Part shown: piece after piece, positions 27,749 through 31,996 of the stretch
Numbering within the stretch: position 1 is the first letter of the stretch
How the letters are laid out: each line of letters starts with the position of its first letter
Assembly (NCBI GenBank): GCA_030587475.2
Contig: JAUQYZ020000009.1
Coordinates: 1 to 31,996, forward strand
DNA length: 31,996 nucleotides
DNA from: Candidatus Sigynarchaeum calidifontis
GTDB lineage: Archaea; Asgardarchaeota; Lokiarchaeia; Sigyniarchaeales; Sigyniarchaeaceae
Direction: 5' to 3'
Program-made: the position numbers and the translations under genes
Notes under the pieces: generated by a model
The model's database searches: none
Told to the model about the DNA's origin: nothing
Seen by the model: the letters and a program-made list of their open reading frames with translations, nothing else

Positions 27749-29269
27749 ATGAGCATACAACACAAAGTCTTCCCCAAATTTCGCGTGTGCGTGGATCAAG
27801 GCCGGTGCAAGAAATGCACGAGATGCGTCAACGCATGCTCTTTCGGCGTGCTATCATTCAATGGCGAGCGCGTCGTCGCGGATAACGACAAGTGCGTCGA
27901 TTGCATGCGGTGTGCCGTGTTTTGCCCAGCCGAGGCCATCCATATCGAAGATGATCCCATGAGCTACAACCCGCACGGGACGTACACCGAGCGCATCCGC
28001 AAGATCGACTGGTACCAGGCATCGACGGGCGGCGTCCTCCTCGCGTCGACGGGTACCGATATCAACTACCCGGTCATTTTCGATGATATATTACTCGATG
28101 CGTGTCAGGTCACGAATCCCTCCATCGACCCGCTCCGCGAACCTGTGGAGACCAAGGTGTTCCTGGGCTCCAAGCCATACAAGCTCGATTTCCAAACCGC
28201 GCCCGGCGATGAAAACGACGTGACGATGAAAACCCGTTTCCCGCCCAACTTCGAGATGTCCATGCCTATCATGGTCGGCCACATGAGCCTCGGCTCGATC
28301 AGTTTCAACGCGTGCATGTCCATTTACAAGGCAGTCTCCGAGCTCGGGATCGTCGCCGGTTCGGGCGAGGGTGGCCTCAACGAAGCGTTCTATCCATACA
28401 AGAACCACCTCATCACCGAGATCGCGTCGGGGCGCTTCGGGGTCGACATCAACTACCTGCACGGCGTCGCCGGTCTGGAGATCAAGATCGGCCAGGGCGC
28501 CAAGCCAGGCCACGGCGGGCACCTGCCCGGCGAGAAGGTCACGAGTCTCATCAGCGAAACGCGCATGATCCCCAAGTTCTCGGACGCGCTGTCGCCATAC
28601 CCGCACCACGACATCTACAGCATCGAGGACCTCCAGCAGCTCATCTCGGCGCTCAAGGAGGCGACCCGGTACCTGATCCCGATCGGCGTGAAGATCGCCG
28701 CGGTTCACAACGTGGCGCCGATCGCGTCGGGTATCGTGCGCGCGGGCGCCGATTTCCTCACGATCGACGGCTTCCGCGGCGGGACGGGGGCTGCCCCGCG
28801 CATCATCCGCGACCACGTCGGCATCCCCATCGAGGTCGCCATCGCGGCGGTCGACGAGCGGCTCCGCGCCGAGGGCATCAGGGAAAAGGTTACCGTGATC
28901 GCCGGTGGCTCCATCCGGTACTCGGCCGATCTCATCAAAGCCATCGCGCTCGGCGCCGACATCTGCATGGTCGGCATGCCCGTGCTACTCGCGCTCGGCT
29001 GTCGCTTCTGCCAGCAATGCCACACCGGCAACTGCGCGTGGGGCATCGCGACGCAGCGGCCCGACCTGGCCAAGCGCCTCGACGTCGACGTGTCTGTCCA
29101 GCGCATCAAGAATTTATTCCACGCCTGGAACGAGGAACTCAAGGAGGTCCTGGGAGCCATGGGCATCGACTCGGTCGAGTCCTTGCGGTCGAACAGGGAT
29201 CGATTGCGGTACATGGGCCCGAACCCGCACATCGCCGAGGTTCTTGGTATCAAGCACGTGGGGGAATGA
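27749..29269 (+). CDS. Archaeal-type glutamate synthase FMN-binding subunit with N-terminal 2x[4Fe-4S] ferredoxin domain (GltB domain 2)
   Basis: CKKCTRCVNAC, CVDCMRCAVFCP, MSLGSIS, GSGEGG, ASGRFGV, EIKIGQGAKPGHGGHLPGEKV, PHHDIYSIEDL, GGTGAAP, CRFCQQCHTGNCAWGIAT. Confidence 0.95.
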   Translation: MSIQHKVFPKFRVCVDQGRCKKCTRCVNACSFGVLSFNGERVVADNDKCVDCMRCAVFCPAEAIHIEDDPMSYNPHGTYTERIRKIDWYQASTGGVLLASTGTDINYPVIFDDILLDACQVTNPSIDPLREPVETKVFLGSKPYKLDFQTAPGDENDVTMKTRFPPNFEMSMPIMVGHMSLGSISFNACMSIYKAVSELGIVAGSGEGGLNEAFYPYKNHLITEIASGRFGVDINYLHGVAGLEIKIGQGAKPGHGGHLPGEKVTSLISETRMIPKFSDALSPYPHHDIYSIEDLQQLISALKEATRYLIPIGVKIAAVHNVAPIASGIVRAGADFLTIDGFRGGTGAAPRIIRDHVGIPIEVAIAAVDERLRAEGIREKVTVIAGGSIRYSADLIKAIALGADICMVGMPVLLALGCRFCQQCHTGNCAWGIATQRPDLAKRLDVDVSVQRIKNLFHAWNEELKEVLGAMGIDSVESLRSNRDRLRYMGPNPHIAEVLGIKHVGE

Positions 29270-29276
29270 GGCTATC

Positions 29277-30113
29277 ATGCAGAAAACCGTGGACAACATT
29301 CACGTGGATGCATCGAGCAAGATCGTCACCATCGATGCAACAATCAACAAGACCCCGCTTCGGTACCAGTTCTTAAACGAGCAAATCCACCGCGTGATCG
29401 ATGATGGCTACAAGAACATCGTGATAAAGAACGTCGCGGGCCAGCGGTTCATCGGGGCCGCGCTGGTAGGCGACATCAACATCAAGATACATGGCACCCC
29501 GGGCAACGATCTCGGGATCTTCATGGACGGGCCCTCGATCGAGGTGTTCGGGAACGTGGAGGACCAGGCCGGCAACACGATGAACGGCGGCAAGATCGTC
29601 ATCCACGGCTCTGCCCGGGATGTCATCGGCTTGTCTGCCCGCGGCGGCACGATCTACGTCCGGGGAGATGGCGGGTACCGGTGCGGCGTGCACATCAAGC
29701 AATACCAGAGCAAGCGGCCCGTGTTCGTGTTCGGTGGCCGGGTTCGCGACTTTTTTGGCGAGTACATGGCCGGCGGGATACTCGTCGCGCTCGGCTTGAA
29801 TATAAACGAGGACGGGTCCTTTAACGTGATAAAGGAGTACCCGGTTGCCGGGCGCTCGATCGGGACGGGCATCCACGGGGGCAAGATCATCCTCGCGCGG
29901 AAAGCGGAGGAGATCCCGTGCGATTTCCTCGGCACCGGGACAAAGGTTGCCGACCTCGAGGAAGATGACATCCAGGACATCAAGCCCATACTCGCCGACT
30001 TTTGCAAGGCGTTTGGCATCGACGCGGCCAGGATCTTGAAGTTAGATTTTAGCAAGGTCATCCCGCTGAGCAAGCGACCCTTCGCGCACAATTACTGTTC
30101 CAAGATGGTCTGA
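29277..30113 (+). CDS. Glutamate synthase GXGXG beta-helix subunit (GltB domain 3)
   Basis: NVAGQRFIG, GTPGNDLG, GNTMNGG, GDGGYRCG, FFGEYMAGG, GTGIHGG. ATG 29277 is 7 nt after the FMN-subunit stop. Confidence 0.9.
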   Translation: MQKTVDNIHVDASSKIVTIDATINKTPLRYQFLNEQIHRVIDDGYKNIVIKNVAGQRFIGAALVGDINIKIHGTPGNDLGIFMDGPSIEVFGNVEDQAGNTMNGGKIVIHGSARDVIGLSARGGTIYVRGDGGYRCGVHIKQYQSKRPVFVFGGRVRDFFGEYMAGGILVALGLNINEDGSFNVIKEYPVAGRSIGTGIHGGKIILARKAEEIPCDFLGTGTKVADLEEDDIQDIKPILADFCKAFGIDAARILKLDFSKVIPLSKRPFAHNYCSKMV

Positions 30114-30293
30114 TACCATCTTTTTCCATCTAGGTCTGGCCAGCGTTGGTTCCCTTTGCGCTCGAGACGCTCGGGCTATCGAGAACAGCGGGTTGAACGC
30201 CTCGCCCGAAGGCTTGGGATAATATCTTTAGGGACAAATGACATATGAAGGCATTTTTATTTATGCTTTCGATAGAAATCGCAGTGATCGAAA

Positions 30294-30506
30294 ATGATCG
30301 ATAACGAGATTGCCCGCAAGGTCAAGGATCTACCCGGCGCGTCCAAGCGAAAGGTGTTGGCATACATTGAATCGCTGGAAAAACAAAATGATGCAAAAAA
30401 GGGGCAGAAACGAACACTATCGTTTGCCTGGGAAGGGTGTTTGGCGAGTTTAGCGAAAAGTAAAACCGCGATAGATTTGCAACACGCCATTCTGGAGTGG
30501 CATTGA
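30294..30506 (+). CDS. Putative antitoxin (DUF2281-like)
   Basis: LP...KRKVLAYIESL...LSFAWEGCL...AIDLQHAILEW; stop overlaps the PIN gene start. Confidence 0.72.
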   Translation: MIDNEIARKVKDLPGASKRKVLAYIESLEKQNDAKKGQKRTLSFAWEGCLASLAKSKTAIDLQHAILEWH

Positions 30507-30883
30507 TGTTCCTTCTCGATACCAACGTGTTTTTGGAAATTCTGCTGGGCCAGACCAAGGCAGCATCTTGCAAGAAATTCATAATCGATAACGAAGGCGA
30601 TCTCATCATTTCAGATTACACGATCCACTCGATCGGGATTATCTTGTTCAAGTCGGCGCGCCAGGCGGATTTTAAAACATTCCTCGATGATGTTCGACCG
30701 GCATTTACTATAGCAACTGTTCCCGCCACACATCTCGAGGAAGTCATCGATGCGAGCAAGATTTACGGCTTGGATTTTGATGATGCATATCAAGTCGTGG
30801 TTGCAAAAGCCAGCGGGGCCTCGATCGTTACCATGGACCAACATTTTTCAAAAGTGAAGAACATTCCCGTGATTTTCTTATAA
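30506..30883 (+). CDS. PIN-domain (VapC-like) toxin
   Basis: MFLLDTNVFLE, LDFDDAYQ, IVTMDQHF; TGATG overlap with the upstream antitoxin. Confidence 0.9.
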   Translation: MFLLDTNVFLEILLGQTKAASCKKFIIDNEGDLIISDYTIHSIGIILFKSARQADFKTFLDDVRPAFTIATVPATHLEEVIDASKIYGLDFDDAYQVVVAKASGASIVTMDQHFSKVKNIPVIFL

Positions 30884-30990
30884 AGGTGATCTTTATCATC
30901 TTGGCGATATGCTTTGGAATATGGTTCGGGGTCGATCTTTATAACCAGAATACCAAGCCCTTATAACATTTGTTTGAAGAGTGAAGAAAG

Positions 30991-31950
30991 ATGAAAAAAG
31001 AGGAGCGTATCGTTTTTTTTTTCATTTTTTTTCTTTGGATACCTGTCATCAATCTTACCATTTTCTTTTTTAGCCTCAATTCATTTGAAATACCGCAGTT
31101 GAATTGGATGTTTCTGGGTTACATGATTTGGCAAGGTTGTTATATCGCATATACGTTATTTCTGGTTGTAAGACATGAGAACATCCACCAATCCTATCTG
31201 AAGCATAGAATTGGAGCGGGATTTGGACTGGTTGGCGTTGGTGCGATTTATTGTTACCTGTTCGTTTTAATCAATCCGAATTTACCATCTCTGGTTAGTG
31301 AGTCTTCGGTTCTCCATTATATAATTGATCTCTTCCAATGGTTCGGAATCCCCGTCGGGATTTATTCAGCATTCGTCGCGTTATTATTCGGATTATTTGT
31401 CGTTCTGTTTGGCCCTGTAAATCCACTCATAAAGCTAATCACTTATGATTTTTTCCCCATCCAGCTCGAGAATGTCGTTAACATCCATGATCCACGGACA
31501 GGTATTATCATTGGCAAGAAAGGCATAATTAAAGTGCGGGATGACAATTCCTCGAAAAAAGAAACGAGGATTACAATGTTCCTTTATTCATTTAAACGCG
31601 CGGTTTATCCAGTGGCCTTTATCAAGCTCGGATCAAATCGCCTCGACAATTGGGTAATAGAAAAGTTTAAACAAGAGAAAATCTTGTGCGATTTTCTAAA
31701 AAGAATTGAAAGCGTGGAGGATTTAAGTGAATCGATGAAAAAAATAGTCGAAATTGCCAGAACTAGTTTAATGCCCGAAAGAAATGAGGAAGCTGAAATG
31801 ATATTGAAGAACCGGATTATTAGGGAGGTTATTCCATGGACTGGAGGCGTACTCTGTGATAAATGCAAGGGAATAGTAAATGTTGATCAAGATGGGAAGC
31901 AATTCTCTTGTATTTTTTGTAATGACCGGTTTTTTGATCTAAATCGCTGA
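30991..31950 (+). CDS. Membrane protein (about 4 TM) with C-terminal zinc ribbon
   Basis: Hydrophobic N-terminal half; CDKC...CIFC at the C-terminus; visibly AT-rich; tttataa boxes upstream. Confidence 0.75.
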   Translation: MKKEERIVFFFIFFLWIPVINLTIFFFSLNSFEIPQLNWMFLGYMIWQGCYIAYTLFLVVRHENIHQSYLKHRIGAGFGLVGVGAIYCYLFVLINPNLPSLVSESSVLHYIIDLFQWFGIPVGIYSAFVALLFGLFVVLFGPVNPLIKLITYDFFPIQLENVVNIHDPRTGIIIGKKGIIKVRDDNSSKKETRITMFLYSFKRAVYPVAFIKLGSNRLDNWVIEKFKQEKILCDFLKRIESVEDLSESMKKIVEIARTSLMPERNEEAEMILKNRIIREVIPWTGGVLCDKCKGIVNVDQDGKQFSCIFCNDRFFDLNR

Positions 31951-31996
31951 GGAGCTCCCACCTTTATAGACAGGGTGCATCGAACGAGTCGATCAC

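Noticed and set aside
28905-29276. 124-aa N-terminal extension of the GXGXG ORF
   Set aside because: It overlaps the FMN subunit in another frame and has shadow-ORF composition; ATG 29277 fits the operon.
26465-30113. N-methylglutamate synthase (MgsABC) as an alternative identity
   Set aside because: The ferredoxin-bearing FMN subunit and gene order fit archaeal glutamate synthase better, and no methylamine-pathway genes are nearby. Not formally excluded without a phylogeny.
25128-30209. Selenocysteine recoding or SECIS in the Hdr operon
   Set aside because: No in-frame UGA interrupts these genes, and the nearby hairpins lack a convincing SECIS core.
1-31996. CRISPR array, tRNA, rRNA, prophage or integrase
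   Set aside because: No spaced repeats, cloverleaf-like sequence or viral hallmark genes were seen by eye.

Overview
Archaeal chromosomal segment, most likely from an Asgard archaeon (inferred from a Rab-like small GTPase without a prenylation motif, a multi-TM protein fused to a longin/roadblock-like domain, and archaeal TATA boxes 23-30 nt upstream of several starts). In order it holds: the TM-longin protein; a geranylgeranyl-reductase-like gene cut off from its promoter by an intact IS701/IS4-type element (perfect TIRs plus target duplication); a radical SAM/SPASM protein; a SAM methyltransferase; a degenerate RadA-like protein; an ECF S-component; a minus-strand carbohydrate cluster (membrane-anchored GH38, membrane protein, GT5 glycogen synthase-like, Zn-finger, FGE+BNR fusion); an MNT-HEPN toxin-antitoxin pair; a GH4 glycosidase, pepT and a PHP protein; two paralogous coiled-coil proteins head-to-head with the Rab-like GTPase; an operon joining an HdrB-HdrC fusion to a three-gene archaeal glutamate synthase with no gltD; a PIN toxin-antitoxin pair; and an AT-rich membrane protein. 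The best candidates for undescribed systems are the HdrBC-glutamate synthase operon (possible thiol-driven glutamate synthase) and the coiled-coil pair plus Rab-like GTPase. No rRNA, tRNA or CRISPR array was seen. All family calls come from motif recognition by eye, with no database search.
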